Origin: an uncultured Gammaproteobacteria bacterium | GTDB lineage: Bacteria > Patescibacteriota > Microgenomatia > UBA10105 > UBA927 | DNA length: 64,000 nt | Direction: 5' to 3' | NCBI GenBank assembly: GCA_964573695.1 | Contig: CAZNKB010000003.1 | Span: forward strand, 36,815-100,814 | Shown here: piece by piece, positions 49,683-58,751 of the stretch | Layout of the letters: the number at the start of each line of letters is the position of its first letter | How positions within the stretch are numbered: the first letter of the stretch is position 1 | The notes under the pieces: generated by a model | Told to the model about the DNA's origin: nothing | Databases searched by the model: none | Seen by the model: the letters and a program-made list of their open reading frames with translations, nothing else | Made by a program: the position numbers and the translations under genes

Positions 49683-51695
49683 CGTAGATTTGGGTTTTTT
49701 ACGAATCCAATAGAATAACGCCATGGCGGTCAAACCGCTTATTCCCGCTCCGATATAGAAAATCGTCGGGCGATACTCCTGGATAACGGTGTGTTTTCCC
49801 TTCGATACAATAAGTGTTCGAAAAGTAGAATTCTCACTGCTATAACTTGATTTTTTACCGTCAATATATACAGTCCAACCGGGATAGAGCACCTCGGAAC
49901 TCATGAGGGTGGTGTCACACGTCGCTTCTACGGATAATTCGATGCGGTTGGGAGAATATGAGGAGATACCGACAGCCCCGCACGCAGGCGACATGAGGTA
50001 AAATCGAGAAAACACTGTCGTATTTTCATAGAGACGATAATCGGGATTATCGCTTTGCCCTATAAGACGATAACGGACGGAGTCGGCAAACGGATCATAT
50101 TGGGAGGGAACCATTATGTATTTGATGTTGAGTGCGTCTATCGTGTCCGCCTGCTGGGGTGTAAGATAGGGAACCTGAACGTCATGTTCAAGCACTAGCG
50201 TACTCCCCTGTTTTCCCAACGCATGGGAAATATACTCATAATACGACCGCAACATGGACGTGTCGTATCCGGTCGCAGAAAATATGCCATAACTCATGAC
50301 ACTATCAAAATCCATGGCGTCACGGCTATCTAGCCACACTCCGAAATTCTGAAGCACCCGATATGGCTCGCGATCTTGTGTCAGTCGTGTCACAAGCTTC
50401 TCATCATGACGCCGGGCTGGAACGGGACCAAGTTCGATAAAGTGCTTCCCGAACAGGAAAAGTTCGATGACAAGTATGCCGGCGACGCCAAGCGGGAGCA
50501 GACGAAACTTTCCTGCTCCCCGAAATATGACGTCCATACCTATCCCGACTAGTCCGGACAGAGCGAATGCCACAAGGACAAGATGCCGGGGAGGAATCCG
50601 AAGATAGTGATACATCGGCACGATGCGCCACAATATATACTGCAGGTCAACCGGCGCGTTGGGGCCAAGTGAAACCCATAGCCCGAAAAGGGCGATACAA
50701 AAAAATCCGCATCCGTAAAAAAACACTCCGCTCTTATGTGCGTCCTTTCGAATGAACGTTATCAAGAAAACTACTCCTACGAGCGCCAATGTGACACCCG
50801 TAATGCCCAAAAAAACGCTATGCTCTATAAAATTGGGGGGCAACCCCCGATACGTACGCTGATCACCGAAAAAAAACGGCTGAAGAAATCCTATGAAGCT
50901 TTCCAAACCCCAGGAACCGTATGAAACCCACGAGTACGGCAAACGGAAAGTCCGTATACTCTGCCGAAAAAATTCCTGTACAGGCACCAGGTGGATCGCT
51001 GCAAGGAAAATACCTATGCATCCTGCAAGGATTACCCGGATGAGCGGAAACGCAGTCTTCGTCATAACCGTACGAATAAGCGCAAATACAAAAACAGCAA
51101 TGAGCGTCATAAATGCCATAGTCTGATACCCGGCTAATAATTGAAACGCAAAAACCACTGAAGCAAGAGCTATGGTTTTTTTCCGCTGTCCCGCTTCAGG
51201 CGAAAGCTGCAGGATATCGGAAAATGCAAGTACGACCCAGGGCATCCAGCTTGCCGAAGCGATGACATCCACATGTCCGGCCCATGTCCTCGCCATAAAA
51301 AATCCGCTCAACCCGAAACTCACACCGGAAACCCACATGGAAAGCGTGTGTTTGGTGAAACGCCTTGAAAGGGCGTACATCCCTAGACACGCCCAAAAAA
51401 TATGAATAACGATGTGCCATGCGTACGCCACGGGAAGCGGCATCACGATAAACAACCACGTAGCCGGATACCACATATTGACCATAGGATCCGCCATGAA
51501 CGGCTGGCCGGAGAACAGATACGTATTCCACCAGGGAATGATACCCTTGTGAAAGAACGTATTAAAAAATTCACGGAAAAAGTAGTACTGACGGCCAATA
51601 TCATCGCCGAAAATCATGTATCCTTCGGGGGGTATCAGCACGCCCCCAAAGATAATGACAAGCAACAAAAAATAACTGACCGCTGCTATCGCCAT
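49674..51695 (-). CDS. YfhO-family membrane protein (GT-C-like)
   Basis: GDD..QYY, PWWNTYLFSGQPFMAD..WYP, LNIKYI, YPGW.VYIDG. Confidence 0.85.
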   Translation of the reverse strand: MAIAAVSYFLLLVIIFGGVLIPPEGYMIFGDDIGRQYYFFREFFNTFFHKGIIPWWNTYLFSGQPFMADPMVNMWYPATWLFIVMPLPVAYAWHIVIHIFWACLGMYALSRRFTKHTLSMWVSGVSFGLSGFFMARTWAGHVDVIASASWMPWVVLAFSDILQLSPEAGQRKKTIALASVVFAFQLLAGYQTMAFMTLIAVFVFALIRTVMTKTAFPLIRVILAGCIGIFLAAIHLVPVQEFFRQSIRTFRLPYSWVSYGSWGLESFIGFLQPFFFGDQRTYRGLPPNFIEHSVFLGITGVTLALVGVVFLITFIRKDAHKSGVFFYGCGFFCIALFGLWVSLGPNAPVDLQYILWRIVPMYHYLRIPPRHLVLVAFALSGLVGIGMDVIFRGAGKFRLLPLGVAGILVIELFLFGKHFIELGPVPARRHDEKLVTRLTQDREPYRVLQNFGVWLDSRDAMDFDSVMSYGIFSATGYDTSMLRSYYEYISHALGKQGSTLVLEHDVQVPYLTPQQADTIDALNIKYIMVPSQYDPFADSVRYRLIGQSDNPDYRLYENTTVFSRFYLMSPACGAVGISSYSPNRIELSVEATCDTTLMSSEVLYPGWTVYIDGKKSSYSSENSTFRTLIVSKGKHTVIQEYRPTIFYIGAGISGLTAMALFYWIRKKPKSTSV

Positions 51696-53335
51696 GGTGG
51701 TAAAGCGTAGATTGTCACCTGATTATTTCTGTAGACCTCTGTGATATATGGATATGCCGCCCGCAGATCTCTAAGTCCCCCGTCCTCACGCTCTTGCGGC
51801 CCGAAAAATATGTATCGAACAGGTATGCTTTGCATCCACTTCTTCGCTTCATCCGGATGCATCGATCCGGAAAAAAACGCTTTGACTTTTTCCTTTTTCA
51901 TCTCAAAGGCGACGGTGTTGTCATGTCCTGCGTAGACGAAATTTCCGGTAAGTGCCGGAATATAATTGCCCGCGGTCGTTTCCGAAAGAATGACACCCTG
52001 TCCATTGGTTTGATCCCGGATAAATCCCATGGCAGCTACGAAATCCTTCAAAGGGTACATCACGAAACTTCCGGTGGGAACCAGCGGCAGCGTGGCACGA
52101 ATCTTATGATCTACGAAGTCTCGCTGCCATAAGTAAGAAGAATACATATGAAACAGTCCTGTTGTGAGAAGAAGCAACGACACAAATACCGCAAGAAACC
52201 GAAGTGGCCGTGCTATGTATAGCTTGAGCATGACGTAAGCGCTGAGCACTCCAAGCGGCACGTGCGGTATCATTTCGGAAAACCGTAGCGGGCTTTGTTG
52301 GGGTACAAACGCAAATATTCCCAGAAGAGCTATCCATGCAAAAACCCAGGATACCGCAGGAAACAATGCCGACTCATGACCCGCAAGCGCCATAATTGTC
52401 CCGATCATCCCGAGAGGCAACATCGGACCGAGAGCGCGCACATACTCTGCGTAATCAAACGGAAGCGGTCGGATAATATCGACCTCTGCCAACCGTTTCC
52501 ATGGGTATATACCGGTCATGAGCGCAAGATACACAAGAGAGGCGGCGCTCAGCATCACAACAAGAGCATAAGGCATGAGATAGGCGCGAAAACGCGTGCC
52601 GCTCATAATTGCATGAATACCCATAACCGCATAAACAAACAATAATCCCGGTGGAAATATCATTCCGAGAACAAAAGCGAAACCTCCCAATATAAGGGTA
52701 CGCATGCCAGATTTCATGGCAGAAGGGGCGGTAAGCGAAATGATTAGAAATATCATCAATACCTGTCCGGCAAGCAAATGCGGAATAAACGTAATCCGCT
52801 GCAAGCTATCCATAACAGACCACCACGCCATAAACCCTCCAAAACGCCATGCACCCAAAACCTCAACAGGTTTCGGCCAGCTACTTGCGGACACTGCAAA
52901 CAAAAACGCCAAAAGGGATGCGCCGAATACATACCGGCTACGGATGTGCTCAAAAGACTTTTGCGAAAACGCCACGATCGCCCACAGCAGTGCTACAGCA
53001 AGCACAATGCGCGCTACGTGATAGATATCCCCCGCGCGGTAGGTGGGCACCCGGACAAACCGCCCAGCTTGCCCCATAAGCAAATACAGCTCGTGGATAA
53101 ACGAACCGTTATGAGATTCCGAGGTATATTTTTCTACAACCGCCCACCTTCCTTCGAGCCCTTCCCTGATGCGGGAAAGGTAAAAATTATAATCTGTCGG
53201 GAAATTGTGCACGAGCTCAAACTGACGGTCAGGACGGAGAAAACGGGCGTGTGACAGTTCATAAAACGTCGGCGCCAGGGAAAACAAAACAAACGCGGCG
53301 ACAAGCAGCGGGAAAATAATCTTTTTTCGTGCCAT
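51686..53335 (-). CDS. GT-C-like polytopic membrane protein, paralog family A
   Basis: DYNFYLSRIREG, RITFIPHL, IPALTGNFVYAGH. Confidence 0.72.
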   Translation of the reverse strand: MARKKIIFPLLVAAFVLFSLAPTFYELSHARFLRPDRQFELVHNFPTDYNFYLSRIREGLEGRWAVVEKYTSESHNGSFIHELYLLMGQAGRFVRVPTYRAGDIYHVARIVLAVALLWAIVAFSQKSFEHIRSRYVFGASLLAFLFAVSASSWPKPVEVLGAWRFGGFMAWWSVMDSLQRITFIPHLLAGQVLMIFLIISLTAPSAMKSGMRTLILGGFAFVLGMIFPPGLLFVYAVMGIHAIMSGTRFRAYLMPYALVVMLSAASLVYLALMTGIYPWKRLAEVDIIRPLPFDYAEYVRALGPMLPLGMIGTIMALAGHESALFPAVSWVFAWIALLGIFAFVPQQSPLRFSEMIPHVPLGVLSAYVMLKLYIARPLRFLAVFVSLLLLTTGLFHMYSSYLWQRDFVDHKIRATLPLVPTGSFVMYPLKDFVAAMGFIRDQTNGQGVILSETTAGNYIPALTGNFVYAGHDNTVAFEMKKEKVKAFFSGSMHPDEAKKWMQSIPVRYIFFGPQEREDGGLRDLRAAYPYITEVYRNNQVTIYALPPWR

Positions 53336-53361
53336 AATCCCCATTCTAACCTAAACCCGGG

Positions 53362-53391
53362 TTGACTTTACACCCTGCACATTGGGATAAT
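53362..53391 (+). promoter_or_regulatory. Sigma70-type promoter, near-leaderless
   Basis: TTGACT-18-(TGg)GATAAT, then ATG 7 nt downstream. Confidence 0.5.
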
Positions 53392-53398
53392 TGATCTC

Positions 53399-53953
53399 AT
53401 GAGTGATGCGCTTACCGATTCGTCGATTGATGCGAAGCAACGGGACAAAGTATACGAACAGGATTATTCCCCCAAACCGACGATTACCGGAGTCCGGATT
53501 CTCAAAATCCGGAATTTCGTGGGAGAAAACGGTGACTTTTCTGAACTCCTGCGTATGACGGAATCCGGGGAAGCAGAATCCATGCCGGATTTTCGTGTCA
53601 GGCAAATAAACAGAAGCAAACAATACAACAAAGCGATAAAGGCCTGGCACCTTCACTATAATCAGGATGAAATCTGGTATGTCCCCCCGGATGAGCACTT
53701 GCTACTGGGCCTCTGGGACGTACGGGATAGTAGCGACACCAAAGGAGTGACCCAAAAAATTCCGCTTGGCGGCGGCAACTCTATCGCAGTCTATATCCCT
53801 CGGGGGGTTGCTCATGGGGCGGCGAATTTCTCCGGCAAAAAAGCAAATGTGTATTACTTCGTAAACAATCAGTTCAATCAGGAACATCCAGATGAGCACC
53901 GTTTACCGTGGGATGCGGCCGGGAAAGAATTTTGGGAAGCCCCGAAAGAATGA
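53399..53953 (+). CDS. dTDP-4-dehydrorhamnose 3,5-epimerase (RmlC)-family protein
   Basis: GDFSE, IKAWHLH, DVRDSS.T, YIPRGVAHG. Confidence 0.85.
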   Translation: MSDALTDSSIDAKQRDKVYEQDYSPKPTITGVRILKIRNFVGENGDFSELLRMTESGEAESMPDFRVRQINRSKQYNKAIKAWHLHYNQDEIWYVPPDEHLLLGLWDVRDSSDTKGVTQKIPLGGGNSIAVYIPRGVAHGAANFSGKKANVYYFVNNQFNQEHPDEHRLPWDAAGKEFWEAPKE

Positions 53954-53964
53954 CAGCGCTACCC

Positions 53965-54738
53965 CTACTTCTCTTGTAACATCAAGGGAATAAGTCCTGC
54001 GATTCCTTCTGCCCGAAGAATACCCGTAATAGCCGATTTCCCGTTGGAATTATGCTTGCCCCAATCACTCTCTGCCAAAAAAACATTTCCCTCGCGTACT
54101 CCTGCTTCTAACGCAGGCACCGTGTCTGCGATGAGACTATCCCCTCCGGTCATGACATCTCGGGGCTGTAGGCCTAACCCGCGCGCCGCCGCCACCCAAT
54201 CCCTCGCTTCCTTATGCTTTTGAGCAACCGGCACCACATGGACATGTGACATATACCGCAATAATCCGGTGAAAAACAATTTATCTCCCGTCCATGGGCC
54301 GAGCGCATGCGAATTAATGGCGACAGGTGCCACTTCATGAAGAATGGCCACAGTCCGCAAAGCCCGGGGCACAGGACTTGGAATTGTCTTATATATGGCA
54401 AGTAATGTCGGGGTAAACCGCTTGAGTATCGGGCGCATCCGCCTCCCTAGCGTATTTCCGAGTGAATGAACGATTCTCTCCCACCGTCTCGGATCCACTC
54501 CCATATCCAGATGTATTTGTTTATTGGCGTCATGGACGGCTCCTCTCATAAACGCAAAGGGAATATCCGGTTCCAGCGAGACGACCTGTCGCGAAAAGAC
54601 ATCCATTTGTCGGCCGAATGCATCTCTATTTGTATCGAGCAGAAAATCATCGAGATCAAATACGACTCCACGAATATTTTTCCTTCGGAAATACTCGCGT
54701 ACCTGGGGGACAACACTACCGGTTCGTTCTCGCGGCAT
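53965..54738 (-). CDS. HAD-family hydrolase
   Basis: FDLDDFLLD, K.., GGDSLIAD. Confidence 0.8.
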   Translation of the reverse strand: MPRERTGSVVPQVREYFRRKNIRGVVFDLDDFLLDTNRDAFGRQMDVFSRQVVSLEPDIPFAFMRGAVHDANKQIHLDMGVDPRRWERIVHSLGNTLGRRMRPILKRFTPTLLAIYKTIPSPVPRALRTVAILHEVAPVAINSHALGPWTGDKLFFTGLLRYMSHVHVVPVAQKHKEARDWVAAARGLGLQPRDVMTGGDSLIADTVPALEAGVREGNVFLAESDWGKHNSNGKSAITGILRAEGIAGLIPLMLQEK

Positions 54739-54763
54739 AATCGACGCATTGTAGCAATACATT

Positions 54764-55522
54764 CTATGTATGCGCAATGAGAGTGTCTATCACCGTATGT
54801 ATGCCGCTTGCTTCTATTACGCCCTCCGGCATGTCACCACGCTGATACGGTTCCCATGGACTGGGCAGATGTACCAAATGCACGACTCCCGCTTCCCGGG
54901 CTGCCCTCATATCACCTTGTATACTATCGCCGATGACCAGCACCTCTTGCGGCTGGACGCCGAGGGTGGCAATGGCTTTTTGCCAATGACCGGAATTCTT
55001 GTTTCCCCACTCATCCGCTATTTCCACATGATCAAACATTTCGCCAAGCCCCGTTTCACGAAGCTTGAGTTCTGTATACTCCCGGTTTGCATGGGTAACA
55101 AGTCCTAGTCTCGCAGTACTCTGGCGGAAAAACTGGAGCGTTTCCAGCGCTTTGGGAAAAAGCCCGGGAGACTGCTCATAAATAGAAAGAAGAATGCCGA
55201 GCCCTTCACGGTAGGTTTCTGGCGGCAAACGATATTTGGCACATACAAGCGTTACTAACCCTCCCCAGCGCTCGTTACTCACGGAGTGAGTACCAAAGAC
55301 GGTCATATCTGCTTCGTCGACTGCCCTATCAAGTTCTTCGGGTGATACATCGGGAACACTTGCATGAAGAAATGCTTTAAATTCGCTAATTTTCCCGCTA
55401 TACAACGCATGGGAATCGAGCAAGGTATCGTCCAAATCAAACAATACGGCTTTAATACCTCGCGAACCCAGCCATTCTTTAAGGATGATATTCTGTTCAG
55501 TTACACGTCGTTCTTTCATCAT
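54764..55522 (-). CDS. HAD-family hydrolase, tandem paralog
   Basis: FDLDDTLLD, LVTHA, K, IGDSIQGD. Confidence 0.85.
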   Translation of the reverse strand: MMKERRVTEQNIILKEWLGSRGIKAVLFDLDDTLLDSHALYSGKISEFKAFLHASVPDVSPEELDRAVDEADMTVFGTHSVSNERWGGLVTLVCAKYRLPPETYREGLGILLSIYEQSPGLFPKALETLQFFRQSTARLGLVTHANREYTELKLRETGLGEMFDHVEIADEWGNKNSGHWQKAIATLGVQPQEVLVIGDSIQGDMRAAREAGVVHLVHLPSPWEPYQRGDMPEGVIEASGIHTVIDTLIAHT

Positions 55523-55605
55523 ATCCGGCGCATTGTAACAATATATATGTATTTCATCAAACACACAGCCTGGAATATCTTTGTGTAATTCTCTATACTC
55601 GCGCT

Positions 55606-56271
55606 ATGGAAGACTCCAAAGAATCCAACATAGTACTCCCTGCAATTATCATAAGCATCGTGCTTTTTGCCGGTGTCTATTTTGCGTTTCAATCGTCCAA
55701 GTCGCATCAAGGTACAATCGTGCTTCCGGGAGGAATCACCTATCTGGGTCCCACACCGACAGAAAAGCAAACCACGGAAACACCGGCAACAGAGGGTGGC
55801 AATCCTATCCCCGTTTCCAAAGATACGCCCTGGAGTCAACGCCGCGGAGTTACTTTTCCTTACACATTCTCGTACCCGGAGACACTTTCCCTGGGAACGT
55901 TTCCCGATGACCCGTACGACTCGCTCACTCTTTTTTATCCGGGAACGGACGCCAACGCAAATATTTTTTTCCGTGTGGATGACCTTACCAAACTCAACAA
56001 AAAACAATACCTGGGAAAAACCGAGGAATATGCTAAAAACTGGTGGAAAGAATACAATTGGAAAGGTGTCGAATCCGTTACTGCGTTTACCAATAGCAAG
56101 GGGCTCAAAGGGCATAGGGCGAAATACCTAAACGACCAAAACAATACCCCGTACGATCATGTATTTTTTGAGATTCCGGCCTCGGACAATCTCGTCATTT
56201 GGCTCAGCGGAAAACTCTTCAGCCGCGAAGTTTTCGACCGCATGGCTGATTCAGTCTCGTGGAACCCGTAA
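55606..56271 (+). CDS. Membrane-anchored hypothetical protein (PsbP-like extracellular domain possible)
   Basis: N-terminal TM, PT linker, YTFSYP, final 'FDRMADSVSW'. Confidence 0.7.
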   Translation: MEDSKESNIVLPAIIISIVLFAGVYFAFQSSKSHQGTIVLPGGITYLGPTPTEKQTTETPATEGGNPIPVSKDTPWSQRRGVTFPYTFSYPETLSLGTFPDDPYDSLTLFYPGTDANANIFFRVDDLTKLNKKQYLGKTEEYAKNWWKEYNWKGVESVTAFTNSKGLKGHRAKYLNDQNNTPYDHVFFEIPASDNLVIWLSGKLFSREVFDRMADSVSWNP

Positions 56272-57854
56272 AGAAAATCATGATAGACGCCGTAATCGTT
56301 AGCATCATTGTCCTTGCCACGGCAGAAAACTACCTCCCGTTTATCATCGGACTTATGCAAACCCCCGATCAGTATGTATTTTTGGGAACGGTGCATCACC
56401 CCGCCGACTATTTCTACTATCTTTCCCAATTTGCCCAGGGGTCATACCGCTTTATAACAACGGTCAATCTTTTCTCAGGGGAACAAGCTACTCCGACCTT
56501 TGTCGGCTGGAGCAACGTGTTGATAGGACGCTTTTTTCATATATTCGGCCTTTCCCCGTTTGTTGCGTATCACGTGAGTGTTCTCCTGTTAACTGCACTG
56601 CTTTTTATTGCCGGCTACCAGCTGTTTTCCACTATGATGCCCAAACGTCCGGCGACACTTGCCCTTTTTCTGTTTGCCCTGTTCCACGCATTTCCGGTAC
56701 TGCGTGACGGCTTACCGTCCTATGGGGATTACTGGAACAACTTTGCCGTCCCTAGAGTCCGATTCGGCGGCGTGCCGCACCAGCTTCTGCTTACTGCGGC
56801 TTCCTTTTTCATGGTTTATTGTTTCAATATCTGGATACAACGTAAACATCACACATGGAACATACTCGCCGGCCTCGGAATATCCAGTCTTATTCTGGCA
56901 AGTCTACAACCCATCTTATGGGTGCTTATCGTGGGTGTAGTTGGACTTTCCGTATGCATCCACACGGTGATAACCACAAAACAGGTCACCTTTGTGCTGC
57001 GCGCCGTGCCCCCGGTCCGTATGTGGCTTACTATCCTCATCAGCGGGGCACTGCCCCTTCTTTACCTCAACCGGCTGTTTTCTGCTCTTCCGTTCTCCCA
57101 GCTTAGAGCGTGGGAGGCTCATGCACAAACGTCCCTCACTCCCGAACATATACTCACTGCTACCGGGCCCGTATTACTGATTGCGCTCTTTTCGCTGCCT
57201 CATTTCATAACACGGCCGTCATTTGTAGCGCTTTTTACCGCGTTGTTTTCCGTTGTCTCCTTCAGTCTCTTTCTCTCCCCGCTCCCGCAGTACCTGGCCA
57301 TAAGCCACGTCCGCTTCATGTCGGCGCTGACCGTGCTTTGTATTTCCAGCATTGCTGCAAAGGGAATAATGTCGCTTTGGCAATCCCGGAACCGCGTGGC
57401 ACGCACTGCAGGAATACTCATTTTTGCAGGCACAGCAGCCCTCCTGATTCCGAATCATTTCAAGACGCTGGAGCTATCAACCCGATTTGATCCAAATAAC
57501 GCCTATTACTACCTCACTAACACTGACTATGCATTTTTGAAAGAAGCGGGTTTAATCGGCACACTTGAGGACACATTCCTCGTCGCCTGGCCGTATAACA
57601 GTATGTTTCCGGCAATTACCGGCAGGCGATCGTACAACGGACACCCGCTCATTACCGTCAACTCACCGGAGAAGGATCGGCTCGCCGCCGCCATTCTCAA
57701 CGGCTCCATGAGTGCGGAAGCAACCCATACGTTTTTTCTGGAAAACCACATTACCTACCTCATCGTACCTGCGGACAACACCTATATTGCAAATCTGCTG
57801 TATCTTACCCGAAAACTAGCTTCAAATAGCCTTGTTTTGTATACAGTACGGTAA
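56259..57854 (+). CDS. GT-C-like polytopic membrane protein, paralog family A
   Basis: DYFYYLSQFAQG, RFGGVPHQ, FPAITGRRSYNGH. Alternative ATG at 56280. Confidence 0.72.
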   Translation: MEPVKKIMIDAVIVSIIVLATAENYLPFIIGLMQTPDQYVFLGTVHHPADYFYYLSQFAQGSYRFITTVNLFSGEQATPTFVGWSNVLIGRFFHIFGLSPFVAYHVSVLLLTALLFIAGYQLFSTMMPKRPATLALFLFALFHAFPVLRDGLPSYGDYWNNFAVPRVRFGGVPHQLLLTAASFFMVYCFNIWIQRKHHTWNILAGLGISSLILASLQPILWVLIVGVVGLSVCIHTVITTKQVTFVLRAVPPVRMWLTILISGALPLLYLNRLFSALPFSQLRAWEAHAQTSLTPEHILTATGPVLLIALFSLPHFITRPSFVALFTALFSVVSFSLFLSPLPQYLAISHVRFMSALTVLCISSIAAKGIMSLWQSRNRVARTAGILIFAGTAALLIPNHFKTLELSTRFDPNNAYYYLTNTDYAFLKEAGLIGTLEDTFLVAWPYNSMFPAITGRRSYNGHPLITVNSPEKDRLAAAILNGSMSAEATHTFFLENHITYLIVPADNTYIANLLYLTRKLASNSLVLYTVR

Positions 57855-57909
57855 TGGACGGTTTCCTACTTGATTTTAGTCCTATAGTATGGTATCTTTA
57901 TCTATTGAA

Positions 57910-58701
57910 ATGACTACTGCCGAATTTCGTCCGGTTGGTGAGATCTTAAACCCCCACGCTCCGAACTTTAGCGAGCTTCACTACCACGTCAGAATCGATG
58001 CGATGACCCCGGAAGACAAACTCTACTGGCTTTCCGATCAAATCCTCAAAGAAGAACACCGCCTGTTGCGCGAACCATACAACATGCCCCAGATCCGCCC
58101 CGAGGCAAAAATCATGTTCCTGACTGGCGGGCCCAAATCAGACGTGACCGAAGCGCGGGATTTCGAGGGGAACTTGATCCACACGCGTCACCTTGATCAT
58201 CCGCGCCCCATGTTTGCCGAAATTCCCGAGGCACTTAGCTCGATTTCCCACTGGTTTGACCTGACAATCCAAAGCAAGGAAAATAATACGGTACCCCCTT
58301 CTCCTGTCGCAGCACTCTCAGAGGTATCTGACGTCGTCTATAACGTCTCCCATCTCCTTACCCTCGATGAATATTTCTGGGAGGAATACAACGAGTACTT
58401 AAAACGCATCGCAGAATCCTTGGGATACAACCTGGATCAGCTCCTCACGATTGCGGTTTATAAATACAACTTTCGCCTGGGTCAGGGCAAATCACAAAAA
58501 AATATCGGCATCGAAAACGACCTGATCGCAAAAGTACTTTCCAAAACCGGTGCTGACGGCAAACCGCTTTTCCCTACTCCCACCGAAGCGCAGTTCCAAA
58601 AAACCTTCCACACGCTTGCCGAAGTGCAAACGCTCCTCAATACCCGCCTGGAACAGCTGCGGCAGGATTATGAGTGGAAACGAAACCCGGTCACCGGATA
58701 G
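57910..58701 (+). CDS. Hypothetical protein with MazG-like (all-alpha NTP pyrophosphatase) signature
   Basis: KEE..AEIPE..SEVSDVVY..LGYNLDQLL...KYNFR. Promoter TTGATT-17-(TGg)TATCTT at 57870-57898. Confidence 0.55.
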   Translation: MTTAEFRPVGEILNPHAPNFSELHYHVRIDAMTPEDKLYWLSDQILKEEHRLLREPYNMPQIRPEAKIMFLTGGPKSDVTEARDFEGNLIHTRHLDHPRPMFAEIPEALSSISHWFDLTIQSKENNTVPPSPVAALSEVSDVVYNVSHLLTLDEYFWEEYNEYLKRIAESLGYNLDQLLTIAVYKYNFRLGQGKSQKNIGIENDLIAKVLSKTGADGKPLFPTPTEAQFQKTFHTLAEVQTLLNTRLEQLRQDYEWKRNPVTG

Positions 58702-58751
58702 GCACTGTTTGTGCAATTTCACAAATCAGCAAATTCCCGTATGATAAAAGG

